Part shown: positions 1 through 10,246 of the stretch, piece by piece
Position numbering within the stretch: position 1 is the stretch's first letter
Layout: each line of letters starts with the position of its first letter
Virus record (IMG/VR): IMGVR_UViG_3300011116_000925
Span: 1-64,000 of that record
Length of the DNA: 64,000 bases
Source of the DNA: a virus
Strand: one strand, 5' to 3'
Made by a program: the position numbers and the translations under genes
The notes under the pieces: model-generated
Databases searched by the model: none
What the model saw: the letters and a program-made list of their open reading frames with translations, nothing else
What the model was told of the DNA's origin: nothing

Positions 1-957
1 AAAGAAATTAGTATGTTCTGCATAATTCTGTAAATCCATAAATGAGAAATTATTCTTTCCATTAAATCTATAATTGATACCAAGACGAATCAATCTTTGA
101 TCTGCACAATATTTTAAAGATTCTAACATATCTGATTTACTTAATCCAGCAACACCTAGTTCTAATACATCATCAGAGAATTGCAATTCACAATCAATTG
201 CTTCTGTTAACATTTCAATAATCTGTTTTTCCAAATTACTATCCCATAATTCTGGATATTGTTGTCTGACTACGTCTATAATTTCCATTGCAACATTCAT
301 ATGCATTGTTTCATCTCTAAAAATCCAATTCGTTGCACTTGCCAAACCATGCAACAATCCCTTACTTCTTAGAAAATAGACATATGCAAAGGCTGCCATA
401 AAGAATAAACCCTCAATTGCACTTGCGAATGCGATCAAATTTAATAAAAATTTACGTTTCTTTTCATCAGTATCACATTGATCAATGGTTGAAATATCAG
501 ATATCCATTTAAAACAAAAATCAGCTTTCCTTTTTATACTTGGAATATTGTTGATAGCATCAAATGCCTTGAACCTATCCAGGTCGTCTGGCAGATAATT
601 ATCTAAAAGCGTAAGGTATGCTTGAACATGCAAGGCTTCTTCAAATATTTGCCTGCTATAATACATTCTAACTTCTGGACTGTTAATATGTTTATATAAA
701 TTTAATACCAAATTATTTCCAACAACACTGTCACCAGTTGCAAAAAATGCAATTAATCTTCCAACAACATGTTTTTCACTATTGGTTAATTTATCTCTAA
801 TATCTGCCACATCAGTATTAAAACTTATTTCCTCAACAGTCCATGTATTTTTTAATGCCTGTAAATAGGCCTGATAAAACTGAGGATATTTCATTGGTCG
901 TAAGGTTAATGAAAATCCTGGATTTAGGATACCATCTTGATTGTTAATTATTGGCAT
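1..957 (-). CDS. nrdB: Ribonucleotide reductase class Ia beta subunit (3' end runs off the window)
   Basis: Manual translation from ATG at 957 gives MPIINNQDGILNPGFSLTLRPMKYPQFYQAYLQALKNTWTVEEI...FFATGD...EALH...IEGLFF...RDETMH...TNFF, with ferritin-like di-iron ligands. It lies directly downstream of nrdA and is missing from the ORF track because it has no stop in the window. Confidence 0.93.
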   Translation of the reverse strand, partial: MPIINNQDGILNPGFSLTLRPMKYPQFYQAYLQALKNTWTVEEISFNTDVADIRDKLTNSEKHVVGRLIAFFATGDSVVGNNLVLNLYKHINSPEVRMYYSRQIFEEALHVQAYLTLLDNYLPDDLDRFKAFDAINNIPSIKRKADFCFKWISDISTIDQCDTDEKKRKFLLNLIAFASAIEGLFFMAAFAYVYFLRSKGLLHGLASATNWIFRDETMHMNVAMEIIDVVRQQYPELWDSNLEKQIIEMLTEAIDCELQFSDDVLELGVAGLSKSDMLESLKYCADQRLIRLGINYRFNGKNNFSFMDLQNYAEHTNFF

Positions 958-3356
958 GTCTCACACACCTCAGGATTTTCTAGATTTAAAATCTCGGTAG
1001 AAGAATTATTAGAAATTATTTTTTGAATACGGCTTGCGGGTTTGCTTCGTAAATAATATGTGGTCTTAATTCCATTTTTCCAAGCATAAAAATACATACT
1101 TCCCATTTTTTCTAATTCTGGCTGTGCCATAAATAAATTCAAACTCTGACTCTGATCAATAAATGCTCCTCGAGCAACGGCCTGATCTATTATAGATTTT
1201 TGCTTCACTTCCCAAACTGTTTTATACAATTCTTTAATTTCTAACGGAATAGATGCAATATTTTGAATACTACCTTCCTCCATTTTAATCATATCCAACA
1301 TATCTTGATTCCATAATCCTAATTTTTTAAGATCTGCAACAAGGTATTGATTGGTAGTAATAAATTCACCACTCAAAGTTTCTCTTTTGAATATATTACT
1401 AATCTGTGGTTCAATACATTCCGTAGAACCACAAATTTGCCCAATAGTTGCTGTTGGTGCAATAGCAATTAATAAACTATTCCGTAGTCCATATTTTTTA
1501 ATTTCAACTTTTAATTCATCCCATCGATTCTTGTCATGTAATTCAATACCTGGACAGAAATCAAATTGTAACTTACCATTGCCAGCATGTGTTTTTTTAA
1601 ACAAGGAATGAGCTCCATGTTCTTTTGCCAATTCCATACTAGTTTTTAATGCCCAATAATAAATTTCTTCTTGTATATTTGCTGCTAATGTTCTTGCTCT
1701 ATCACTTTCAAATGGTACACGAAGTTTAAATAATAAATCTTGCCATCCCATTATTCCCAATCCTATTGGTCTCCATTTTTTATTACTATTGTGTGCTTCT
1801 GGAATAGGCTACAAATTCTTATCTATAACCTTATCTAGAACTTTAATTGCAATAGGAACATTCTTTTTAATTTTGTTTAAATCAACTTTTCCATCTTTTG
1901 TAATATATCTACTTAGATTTAAACTACCTAAATTGCAAACTGCGACCTCACCATTATTTAAAATTTCTAATTCATTTTTTTCAACATTATAATTTACAAC
2001 TCTACTGTGATTAAGTATTTCTCCAGTATAATCCTTTGCCTTGATGGTCATAGGACTTCCAGTAAAAGTTGGTTCTATAATTTCTGTACAAAGATTGGAA
2101 CTTTTTACCACATGGCCATCTACAGCACTATTGCATCGCATATTACAGGTATCCTTAAATGTGATCCAGCCATTACCAGTTTCTGCTAAAGTTTTCATCA
2201 TTTTAGCATAAACCTTACGAGCACTAATCTGTGATACATATTTTTTTTCCAATTCTAATTCAATGTAATGTTTTTCAAATGCATCACCATATAAATCAAC
2301 TAATTCTGGATAAGAACCTGGATCAAATAAGCTCCAGATACCATCTTCTTCGACTCTCTTCATGAATAAATCAGGAATCCAATTAGCTAAATTTAAATTA
2401 TATGCTCTCTTTTCTCTATCTCCAGTATTATCTCTAAGTTCTAAAAATTCCATGATATCTGGATGCCATGTATCTAAATATATCGCGGCGGCCCCTTTTC
2501 GTTTACCACCTTGATTTACGGCAGACACACTTGAACTTAAAGTATGAAGCCAAGGTACAATCCCATTACTTTTTCCATTTGTTCCCTTGATGAGACTTCC
2601 ACTGCTTCTAATTCTACTTGCACTCAATCCAATACCACCTGCCCATTTACTTAATAATGCAACATCACTATATCTTTTATAGATATCTTGTAAATTGTCT
2701 GCTGGACTATCTAAAAGATAACAACTACTCATCTGACTATGTCTAGTTCCACTATTAAATAATGTTGGTGTTGATGTCATATATTCTAAACTACTAAGCA
2801 AATTGTAGAATTCAATGGTTTCATTGACATCATTACTTAATCCACATGCAACTCTCATCAAGAAAAATTGTGGCATTTCCATAACTTTCCTTGTTACTGG
2901 ATGTTTCAACAGATATCTATCATATACTGTTTTAATTCCATTATATTCAAATAAATCATTGCGATCATATTTTATGGCCGAATTTAATTTTCTTTTATTT
3001 TCATTCACAAAAAACAAGCATTCATCACTAATTAATCCTTGTGCATGACATGATGATATACTCTGACTGAAGTTAGCAATATCTTGACGTTCTAATTCTT
3101 TCTGAATAATTCTCATCATTAATCTAGTTGCTACCTTACTATACGATGGATCAATTGCGATAAAATTAACTGCCGTTTGAATACTAAGTAAGTCCAATTC
3201 TTCAGTGCTCACTCCGTCATATAAACCTCCAACAGTTTTAATTGCAATCTGATATGGTTCAACGCCAACCAATCCATCACAAGCATGTTGAATACTCTTA
3301 GTGATCTTATCAAGATTGACTTCTTCCAAACGGCCGTCGCGTTTACATACTTTCAT
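948..3356 (-). CDS. nrdA: Ribonucleotide reductase class Ia alpha subunit with N-terminal ATP cone, interrupted by one in-frame TAG at 1809-1811
   Basis: ORFs 1809..3356 and 948..1760 are in the same frame: ...VIDKNL*PIPEAHNSNKKWRPIGLGIMGW.... Motifs present: KRDG ATP cone, TPTLFNSG, SSCYL, SNLCTEI, VCNLGSLNL, APTAT, DQSQSLN, KTTYYLR and C-terminal CETCQ. Confidence 0.95.
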
Positions 3357-3377
3357 TACTTTTTCCTTATATTAGTT

Positions 3378-3827
3378 TTACTTAGTTTTATTGAATAGAT
3401 CAATAAAATTGTATTCCCTGATTAATTTAGATGATTGTGGTATCAATTTATTGGAAATTGATTGATTAAAATGATAATTTAATACTAATCCAAGATCATC
3501 AAGTTCAACCAAAAAATAATAAGAACTCTGTTCTATATCTTTGTAACATCGTAAAAATAAATTTTGATTCTTCCAATCTTTGATCATAATCAATGTCCAA
3601 GATATTCCCAATGCTTTGGTAAAACTGTCATAATTATCTTGAATAATTAATTCCCATGGAGTTGGCCATTCATTTGGTTCATTAAAATCATAGTATGTTG
3701 ATCCAAGATGACATAATTTCCATAAATCTAAAGTATTCTGAATTTGATTTTCAATGGTTTGATTTTCTTGAATCTGCCTGAATTTTCTCCAAGCAGACAA
3801 ACGTGCATTACCTTTTTCAGACCACAT
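3378..3827 (-). CDS. Hypothetical phage protein (WPTPWELI motif)
   Basis: 149-aa ORF in the operon directly upstream of nrdA. Confidence 0.7.
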   Translation of the reverse strand: MWSEKGNARLSAWRKFRQIQENQTIENQIQNTLDLWKLCHLGSTYYDFNEPNEWPTPWELIIQDNYDSFTKALGISWTLIMIKDWKNQNLFLRCYKDIEQSSYYFLVELDDLGLVLNYHFNQSISNKLIPQSSKLIREYNFIDLFNKTK

Positions 3828-3830
3828 AAT

Positions 3831-5432
3831 TTATCTCATAACATTAATTTGATAATCCATTACAGCTGGAAATCCAGTATTCGTAGTGGTGAATGTTAGT
3901 TGATAATTAGTACCTGTTGTGGCTGCAATATCAAATATTATACCAACATCGCCTCCTGATTCTACAAAATCATCAGATAATTGTAATCCCGTGGAACTTG
4001 CTGCGACGGTCAGTGTTCCCGTTCTAATTAAATTATTTCTAAATATTCGATAATTAATTTGTAAATTATTCCAATATAGATAATCACGGATGATGTCAGT
4101 TGTGGTAGTTGATGAATTATCTGGCATTTGTAATGTTCCACTAATTTGGTTTTGCCATCTATTTAGAAAAATACCATTGTTAGGACTGAAGCTCATACTT
4201 TCAGATCCTAATAAATCAACCTGGGCCACTAAATCATGCGAATCTGCTCTTCTGCTGAAATCACCAATGCTTAAATTACCTGCGTTTGAAAATGATATGA
4301 TAGGAAAATTGAATCCACCAATTCCTCCGTTAGTATTACCAACATCTCCAAAATAGTTGTTCGCACTTACTACTGAGCTAACATATTGAAATGTTTTTAT
4401 GGCTGTTGCATATACTAAATCAAAATAACTATTGGTTATTTTATAACTACATGGACCATTTGATTGGGTTCCAGAACCAGTTAAATTTTCACCAACATAA
4501 GATATGCCATAACACATTTCAAATCTGCAATTATCAAAATTTGTGTTTTCTAAATCATAATCCAATCTATTAACATATTCAAATCCATAAAATTGACATT
4601 TTGAAAATGAAATATCTCGTGATACATTCCCTAATGTACTTGTTATCTGTAACGCCTGGGCGCCATAATTTCCACCATTTCCTGTTACCCAAACATTATA
4701 AAATTTACAATTATCAACCTGTAATCCAGATACAGATCTAATTTGAAATAGGTCTAATAATTTATTGATGGACTGAAATTTAAATCCTGACACATAGTTA
4801 TTAGCAGGAAATGTTGCACCATTTGTTCCCATATTACCATCAACTTGTTGCAAACTATCCGCACAACTTATTAGATATTGAAGGGAAATATTTGAAGTAG
4901 TGATGATTGAACTATCAGAACCTTCTCCGATTATCTTTGCATTTCTAGGTAATTTAATATATGTGGAATTTATTAAATATGTTCCAGCTGGAAAAAATAA
5001 TACCTTATTATTATTTCCGGTATTATCATGACAATACAATTGAAATAATGCTCTATTAATAGCGATACTGTCATCCGTGACGCCATCACCTAAGGCACCA
5101 AAAGCCTTAACACTGACATAATCATCTAATCTTTGTTGAATTGATCTGTGAACAGGATGCATCGCATCCGTTCCAGTAGTCAACGTAATCGTACTATTTC
5201 CTTGATAGGTATACAACGGTAAGCTATCTAGTAAATCAGCAACACTCCATTCAGTTAAAATTTCAGTATTATTTGGGCTTGTATATGCCGGAGGTGCTCC
5301 AGCATCAACCGTTCCATTACCTATATAAAGACGCCTGGAATCAATTGCCCAACCAAGTTCACCTGGTGCTAGTTGTGGTAATTCTTCCTGAAGTCCCTGT
5401 CTGTGTTGTATTCGACTAATTGATACGATCAT
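3831..5432 (-). CDS. Tail fibre/baseplate-associated protein with pectate-lyase-like beta-helix
   Basis: N-terminal 'LPQLAPGELGW..D..RLYIGNG' module, 'SVKAFGALGDGVTDD..AI' and 'FFPAGTY' beta-helix start; TATAAATA late promoter upstream. Confidence 0.7.
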   Translation of the reverse strand: MIVSISRIQHRQGLQEELPQLAPGELGWAIDSRRLYIGNGTVDAGAPPAYTSPNNTEILTEWSVADLLDSLPLYTYQGNSTITLTTGTDAMHPVHRSIQQRLDDYVSVKAFGALGDGVTDDSIAINRALFQLYCHDNTGNNNKVLFFPAGTYLINSTYIKLPRNAKIIGEGSDSSIITTSNISLQYLISCADSLQQVDGNMGTNGATFPANNYVSGFKFQSINKLLDLFQIRSVSGLQVDNCKFYNVWVTGNGGNYGAQALQITSTLGNVSRDISFSKCQFYGFEYVNRLDYDLENTNFDNCRFEMCYGISYVGENLTGSGTQSNGPCSYKITNSYFDLVYATAIKTFQYVSSVVSANNYFGDVGNTNGGIGGFNFPIISFSNAGNLSIGDFSRRADSHDLVAQVDLLGSESMSFSPNNGIFLNRWQNQISGTLQMPDNSSTTTTDIIRDYLYWNNLQINYRIFRNNLIRTGTLTVAASSTGLQLSDDFVESGGDVGIIFDIAATTGTNYQLTFTTTNTGFPAVMDYQINVMR

Positions 5433-6139
5433 TGTTCAGTATTTATATTGTCTTCATCCCAAGAATGGTGGTTTAAATAATATTGTTCTAATCTTTTATA
5501 CCATAAGGTTTTATATTTGTCATATTCTAATCCTTCAATAACAAATTCTTGAAAATCTAGGGCTCTAGTACATACTAAAATTACACCTGAATTAATTTTA
5601 GTATGATGTGTTTCATTATGAGCCTCTGCATAGGCGACAACCTGATAACAATAATCTTCGATCCATTCTCTTTTTTTATTTTTATTGGATTGTTTAAAAT
5701 CTACAATCGATTCTTTATTATTGTATATACCAACACAATCTGTAGTTCCTGCATAAAGTTTACTATGATATAAATTTACTTCATTGCCCCATAATTCATT
5801 GAATTTTAGTTTCAATGAATTATCTATTATGACATTAGCCATATCATATCCAATTCTATGAACTAGATTCCCTGTTGGCTTTCTATCTTCAAATTTTAGA
5901 TATTTTTCCAAACTTTTATGCATTGCGGTTCCAACACCAGCAGCATCTTTTGAAATCTGTATTGCCTTTTGTTCTCCAATTCTATTTTTCCAAACCTGCA
6001 GATATGCTTTATCTGAAGTGGCATCAAGAATAGTTGTGACCGAAGGCAATTTATCACCTAAAGGCGATGTATAATATCTAATTTTTCCATCTGTGCGAGC
6101 TAAAGGAACATAATTTATTTGATTGTTTATAATATGCAT
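5429..6139 (-). CDS. PD-(D/E)XK exonuclease
   Basis: LPSVTTIL, GTAMH, E..L....YAGTTD...IVDFK, Y..Q..AY motifs. Confidence 0.85.
   Translation of the reverse strand: MHIINNQINYVPLARTDGKIRYYTSPLGDKLPSVTTILDATSDKAYLQVWKNRIGEQKAIQISKDAAGVGTAMHKSLEKYLKFEDRKPTGNLVHRIGYDMANVIIDNSLKLKFNELWGNEVNLYHSKLYAGTTDCVGIYNNKESIVDFKQSNKNKKREWIEDYCYQVVAYAEAHNETHHTKINSGVILVCTRALDFQEFVIEGLEYDKYKTLWYKRLEQYYLNHHSWDEDNINTEQ
5440..5447 (-). promoter_or_regulatory. T4-type late promoter TATAAATA
   Basis: Exact T4 gp55 consensus, 7 nt before the ATG at 5432. Confidence 0.7.
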
Positions 6140-6184
6140 TCATATAATTATAACAAGTGATCGTATCAGACGCCATATAAATCT

Positions 6185-6487
6185 TTAATATTTAAATCTT
6201 TTTGGTTTCTTTTTTATAATTTTTGTATCTGGAATTTTAGCCGGCATTGTTATATGATATGAATTTTGAGTTGCTTTTAATTCTGGATTGGATACCAAAA
6301 TATTATCTGCAAATTGTTCAATATTATCCTTGGATATCGAACCAAATTCTTGTTTCACTAATTCTAAATCAACGGATATAACATATGATTTTTCAATAGT
6401 TACGACTGCAGAATTATTAGAATTTCCTTGTTTCCAAATTTTCTTTGAAATATTTTCTTCTTTTAAAATATCAATAAAATGTCGCAT
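6185..6487 (-). CDS. Hypothetical protein with putative head-protein leader (MRHFIDILKE)
   Basis: ORF in a tightly packed late operon. Confidence 0.6.
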   Translation of the reverse strand: MRHFIDILKEENISKKIWKQGNSNNSAVVTIEKSYVISVDLELVKQEFGSISKDNIEQFADNILVSNPELKATQNSYHITMPAKIPDTKIIKKKPKRFKY

Positions 6488-6488
6488 A

Positions 6489-6857
6489 TTACCAATTCAC
6501 AGACCAATAGAAAATTGTATTCGATGTCCCAGTACTAGTTATTCTTGAAATTTCATAATTTAGACCTGTGAAATAACTAATTACTTCATCCATTTGTGAC
6601 TTCTTAACAGCATCAACTATATTACCTTGCCATACATTATAAAAGGAAGCGGCGGTTGAATCATCATTTGTCATTGGACTACCAGTTATGGTAGTTCCAT
6701 TAATTGATACCGTGGTATTGTGTTTAATTTGAGATGTAAACTGATTACTAGAAATTGCAGATAATATAGATAGTTCAATAATTGCAATCTGACCCGTAAT
6801 TAACGATTGGTTTTCAGATAATAATCTTGCATTCGTTGCAGTTAAAAATATTGCCAT
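6489..6857 (-). CDS. Hypothetical (probable virion) protein
   Basis: Ser/Thr-rich ORF with TAATG coupling to the upstream gene. Confidence 0.65.
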   Translation of the reverse strand: MAIFLTATNARLLSENQSLITGQIAIIELSILSAISSNQFTSQIKHNTTVSINGTTITGSPMTNDDSTAASFYNVWQGNIVDAVKKSQMDEVISYFTGLNYEISRITSTGTSNTIFYWSVNW

Positions 6858-7321
6858 TAACTTCTTCTCTTAGTAGCATTTGCCGCCATTTTGGCAACCC
6901 TATCTTTTCCATTAGATTTCTTTGCCATATCACTAACTCTGTCTTCAATATTATCTTCTTCGTGTTCAGCATCTGAATCATCAGATTGTTCTTCGTCTGA
7001 TTCTGGATTATTTTCATCCGTTGGTAATCCATTATCTGGATTATTAGGATCTGTTATTGAATTTTGATCATCCTTGTCTTCGTCTTCATCACCTAATGTA
7101 ATTTCTTCCTTATTAAAATCCTTGATTATATGTTTCAAACTATGATCATTATCAATCAATTCTTTCAATCCATCATAACTGAATAAAATATGTTGTTTCT
7201 TCAATAAATTTATTAAAGCATCAACCTTTATGATATTATGATCATCAGACAAACTTTTTAAAAACAGTAAATTAGATTTAACTGCTGCCGCTAATTGATT
7301 ATCAAATTCAAAAATTCTCAT
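6857..7321 (-). CDS. Hypothetical protein with acidic low-complexity linker
   Basis: MRIFEF leader, D/E-rich segment, basic C-terminus. Confidence 0.7.
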   Translation of the reverse strand: MRIFEFDNQLAAAVKSNLLFLKSLSDDHNIIKVDALINLLKKQHILFSYDGLKELIDNDHSLKHIIKDFNKEEITLGDEDEDKDDQNSITDPNNPDNGLPTDENNPESDEEQSDDSDAEHEEDNIEDRVSDMAKKSNGKDRVAKMAANATKRRS

Positions 7322-7324
7322 GTA

Positions 7325-8389
7325 TTACCTTGATAGACGCCCAAGGAATCTATTGCTTTCTAAAATTTTATTTTTCTTGAATTCTCGACTTTCTCTTTTT
7401 TCTCGACCTAAATTACTTCCCATATCTGATCCATTATTCATATCAGATTCAGGTGATGGCCCAGGCATTTCTTCTGCATTGCTTGGATCCACGGGTAGTT
7501 CTGTATTTTCTGCATCCGGTGTTGCACCTGGTAATTCTGGAGTTACTTGACCAGTTAATCCTAAAGCAGCATTATCTAATTCTGTTCTAGCATTAGTTAA
7601 TGTATCTATTGCATTAGTCAATGTCGTACCTGCATTGTTTATAAAGTTAGAAGATGATTCTTGGCCAAATTCATCTCTCATCTTATCTGACAATGCAACT
7701 AGATCCTCAACCTTCATTTTACTTAGGTCTTCAACCATTCCTTGAACGCGATCAACCATATCCTTGACCGCCATAACAAGCTGTGCTTTTTCCATTTCAC
7801 CTTCAAATAATGACATAGATTCATTGATGCCAGAAGCTGATGATGCTTGTTTATCTAACATCTGCAATCTACGTGCATAGCCAGAACCTCCTTGCATGAT
7901 ATCCAATAAAATTTCTATTAATGGTTTAAACCCATGCATTAGATTACTTGGAACAGAATGTCCTTCGGATGCTAATCTAATCGCTTGTTTGGCCTTAGAT
8001 AAATTTTCTGCACCGACCAATTTTAATAATGCTGAACTCTGTCTACCAGTTAATGCTGATTCCATAGAAATCGTCTTTGTTTTTTCATTTTGAATTGATT
8101 TATTAGATTTCATTGGATTTTTTCTAACCTTTTTAACTACTACTTCATTTAATCTTAATTCTATAGCTTCTAATAATGCTAGTTGTTCTAAATATTCAGA
8201 ATTACGATGACCACTATTAAATGGCATTGTAAGTTCCATTTTTTTATGTGATTTGGTAATATTTTCCCGTAAATTCCTAAGCTGATCAGTAGATAATTGA
8301 TTTAAATTAAGCCTTATGTCAAAATTATCAATTAACAATTTACTAATACGTGAACTATTATAACGGCTGCCAAGATCATCGAGTTTCAT
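7325..8389 (-). CDS. Probable prohead core/scaffold-like helical protein
   Basis: Coiled-coil-rich with repeated (L/I/M)xE sites (LNE, SME, INE, LFE, ILE). GATAAATA and a GAGGA RBS precede ATG 8389. Confidence 0.55.
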   Translation of the reverse strand: MKLDDLGSRYNSSRISKLLIDNFDIRLNLNQLSTDQLRNLRENITKSHKKMELTMPFNSGHRNSEYLEQLALLEAIELRLNEVVVKKVRKNPMKSNKSIQNEKTKTISMESALTGRQSSALLKLVGAENLSKAKQAIRLASEGHSVPSNLMHGFKPLIEILLDIMQGGSGYARRLQMLDKQASSASGINESMSLFEGEMEKAQLVMAVKDMVDRVQGMVEDLSKMKVEDLVALSDKMRDEFGQESSSNFINNAGTTLTNAIDTLTNARTELDNAALGLTGQVTPELPGATPDAENTELPVDPSNAEEMPGPSPESDMNNGSDMGSNLGREKRESREFKKNKILESNRFLGRLSR

Positions 8390-8415
8390 ATGATTCCTCA
8401 AAATATATATTCTAT

Positions 8416-8904
8416 TTATCTAACATCCCATTTATTTAATTGATTTAATTCTATTAAATTTCTGGAAAATGACTGCTGACAATGATCAATTCTGTTATTA
8501 TAAAATTGTTGCCTGTCATAGTTTATTGACTTATTTCTTTTTATGGTAAAAATTAATGATTCATAGCTATATTTTTCTAACTTCCTATCATAATCTAAAA
8601 TTCTATTCCATACCATAGTATTTGGTCGTAATCCATGATGTATATATTTTGATAATATCATTGCGGTATAGATAAAATGTAATTTAATTCTTATATCATT
8701 TTTAGGATCATTAACTAAAATGATATTATCATATTTTCGTATAATCGTATTGCCAACTGCAATTGTATTTTGATCTAATCGTATAGGTAATCCTCTAGCT
8801 TTAAATTGTAATAAATTTTGTTTTACAAATTTATCTATCTTGTTTATCTTGAGGTTGTAGGGTATAGTACAATCCATTATCATCTTTCTTTCGTTTGAAG
8901 ACAC
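8416..8904 (-). CDS. Hypothetical protein (true start probably downstream of 8904)
   Basis: ORF fills the gap in the operon. Confidence 0.55.
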   Translation of the reverse strand: MSSNERKMIMDCTIPYNLKINKIDKFVKQNLLQFKARGLPIRLDQNTIAVGNTIIRKYDNIILVNDPKNDIRIKLHFIYTAMILSKYIHHGLRPNTMVWNRILDYDRKLEKYSYESLIFTIKRNKSINYDRQQFYNNRIDHCQQSFSRNLIELNQLNKWDVR

Positions 8905-9061
8905 TCTTAATTACTAATTGATTTGCAATATGTGATTGTTCTTCTGAAATGTCTTTTTTATATAATTTTTGATTATTGGCACCTTCCAATATTTCTATCA
9001 TTGCTTCTTCTGCCAAATTTATATATATTCTAATTCCAGAATTAATTTTCCTAAATTTCAT
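8831..9061 (-). CDS. Small hypothetical protein, possibly winged-helix-like
   Basis: 76-aa ORF starting 1 nt after the upstream stop. Confidence 0.65.
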   Translation of the reverse strand: MKFRKINSGIRIYINLAEEAMIEILEGANNQKLYKKDISEEQSHIANQLVIKSVFKRKKDDNGLYYTLQPQDKQDR

Positions 9062-9062
9062 T

Positions 9063-9524
9063 CTATTTCAATCCTAGTTTTTTCTTGGTAGTTGTGATAG
9101 TTGTGTTTGGATCATTCGGATCCATTTGTAATGTAATATTTGTTCCGTCAGATTTAATTACCTTGGATGGACCAATATTTGGAACTTCAATAGTATCTCC
9201 GACTTTTGTTGGCATTGGTTGATTCTTATTAGGGTTATCTGTTGTTTGTGGTGGTGGTTTAATTCCTGTGGAGGATCCAGAAGATTGAATTGCTGATGAT
9301 GTTGTTGATTGCCCAGTTGGAACAGTTTTACCAATTTTGTTTGTCATAATCTGCGCCATATTACTGGCTCCCTTGCCGACACCAGAACCAAGAGTTTTAG
9401 TAGTTTTACCTGCAATATTTAAAATATTTTTAGCTCCAGTCCCCAATCCTTTTGCTGCCATACCTAACATATTGCCAAAGCCTGTTGCTGGATTAACCTC
9501 TATGATGAATTCTTTGGCTCTCAT
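9063..9524 (-). CDS. Hypothetical protein with MRAKEFIIE leader and Gly/Ala-rich N-region
   Basis: AAGGA RBS and shared leader motif. Confidence 0.65.
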   Translation of the reverse strand: MRAKEFIIEVNPATGFGNMLGMAAKGLGTGAKNILNIAGKTTKTLGSGVGKGASNMAQIMTNKIGKTVPTGQSTTSSAIQSSGSSTGIKPPPQTTDNPNKNQPMPTKVGDTIEVPNIGPSKVIKSDGTNITLQMDPNDPNTTITTTKKKLGLK

Positions 9525-9711
9525 TAGTATTATCCTTTGCTAAATCAATTTTAATATTCTGTAATCTAAGTTCTGATATCCTATGTGATCCTCCTAATCC
9601 ACCTAATGCTGCTGAAACATAAAATTCATATACAGGATCATCTGATGACAATACACATTCTGGTTCTGGACCACTCATAAAATCTTTACTCGTTATTCTG
9701 TATTGTTTCAT
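9493..9711 (-). CDS. Small hypothetical protein (MKQYRITS...)
   Basis: CATAAATA 4 nt before ATG 9711. Confidence 0.6.
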   Translation of the reverse strand: MKQYRITSKDFMSGPEPECVLSSDDPVYEFYVSAALGGLGGSHRISELRLQNIKIDLAKDNTNESQRIHHRG

Positions 9712-9723
9712 GCTATATTTATG

Positions 9724-9753
9724 AAAAAAGGACAATGTAAAATTGTCCTTTTT
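9724..9753. terminator. Rho-independent terminator
   Basis: AAAAAA-GGACAAT-gtaaa-ATTGTCC-TTTTT hairpin just downstream of ORF 9777..10196. Confidence 0.85.
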
Positions 9754-9776
9754 CAATATTAATATGGTCAGTTAGA

Positions 9777-10196
9777 TTAAGATACTGATCCAAATTTTGT
9801 AAATGTCGTTACTGCGGTGCTACCCCAGTTTGCTGTGGTCTTCCCCAAAGAATTTGCTGCGGTATATGCGTCATTTATAGTCTTTTCTAAACTTCCTGTA
9901 CGTGCATTATCCGTAAATGCTGCACTTACTAATCCTGCAGGACCACTTAGAAGAAAGCTCTTACGAGTATCTGAATCGTATAGATCACCTTCAGCGATAA
10001 TTACTGCTCCGAATTGCATAATTGCAAGACGAACAAGTTCTAAACCACCCAATGCTGTTGTATAACTGTCACCTGTTTCTGCACTCATATCTACGTTAAA
10101 ATCACATTCAACGAATACTAATTCTCGACCTTCAATCTGCCAATTGGAAGCATAATTAAAATAATTACGATTTACCTTTGCTAATGCATCTGCCAT
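9777..10196 (-). CDS. Probable abundant virion structural protein
   Basis: Monocistronic late unit with CATAAATA, AGGAG RBS and its own terminator; Ala/Thr/Gly-rich. Confidence 0.6.
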   Translation of the reverse strand: MADALAKVNRNYFNYASNWQIEGRELVFVECDFNVDMSAETGDSYTTALGGLELVRLAIMQFGAVIIAEGDLYDSDTRKSFLLSGPAGLVSAAFTDNARTGSLEKTINDAYTAANSLGKTTANWGSTAVTTFTKFGSVS

Positions 10197-10246
10197 TTTA
10201 TTCTCCTAATAAATTGCTCTTAAAGAGCTTAATATTATTTATGTCT

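Noticed and set aside
1761-1811. Intron, intein or frameshift splitting nrdA
   Set aside because: The two halves are in the same frame and the 48 nt between them encode the expected NrdA residues, so there is no inserted sequence.
5429-6139. Cas4 as evidence of a CRISPR system
   Set aside because: It lacks the four-Cys Fe-S cluster pattern and any cas context, so it is a generic phage PD-(D/E)XK exonuclease.
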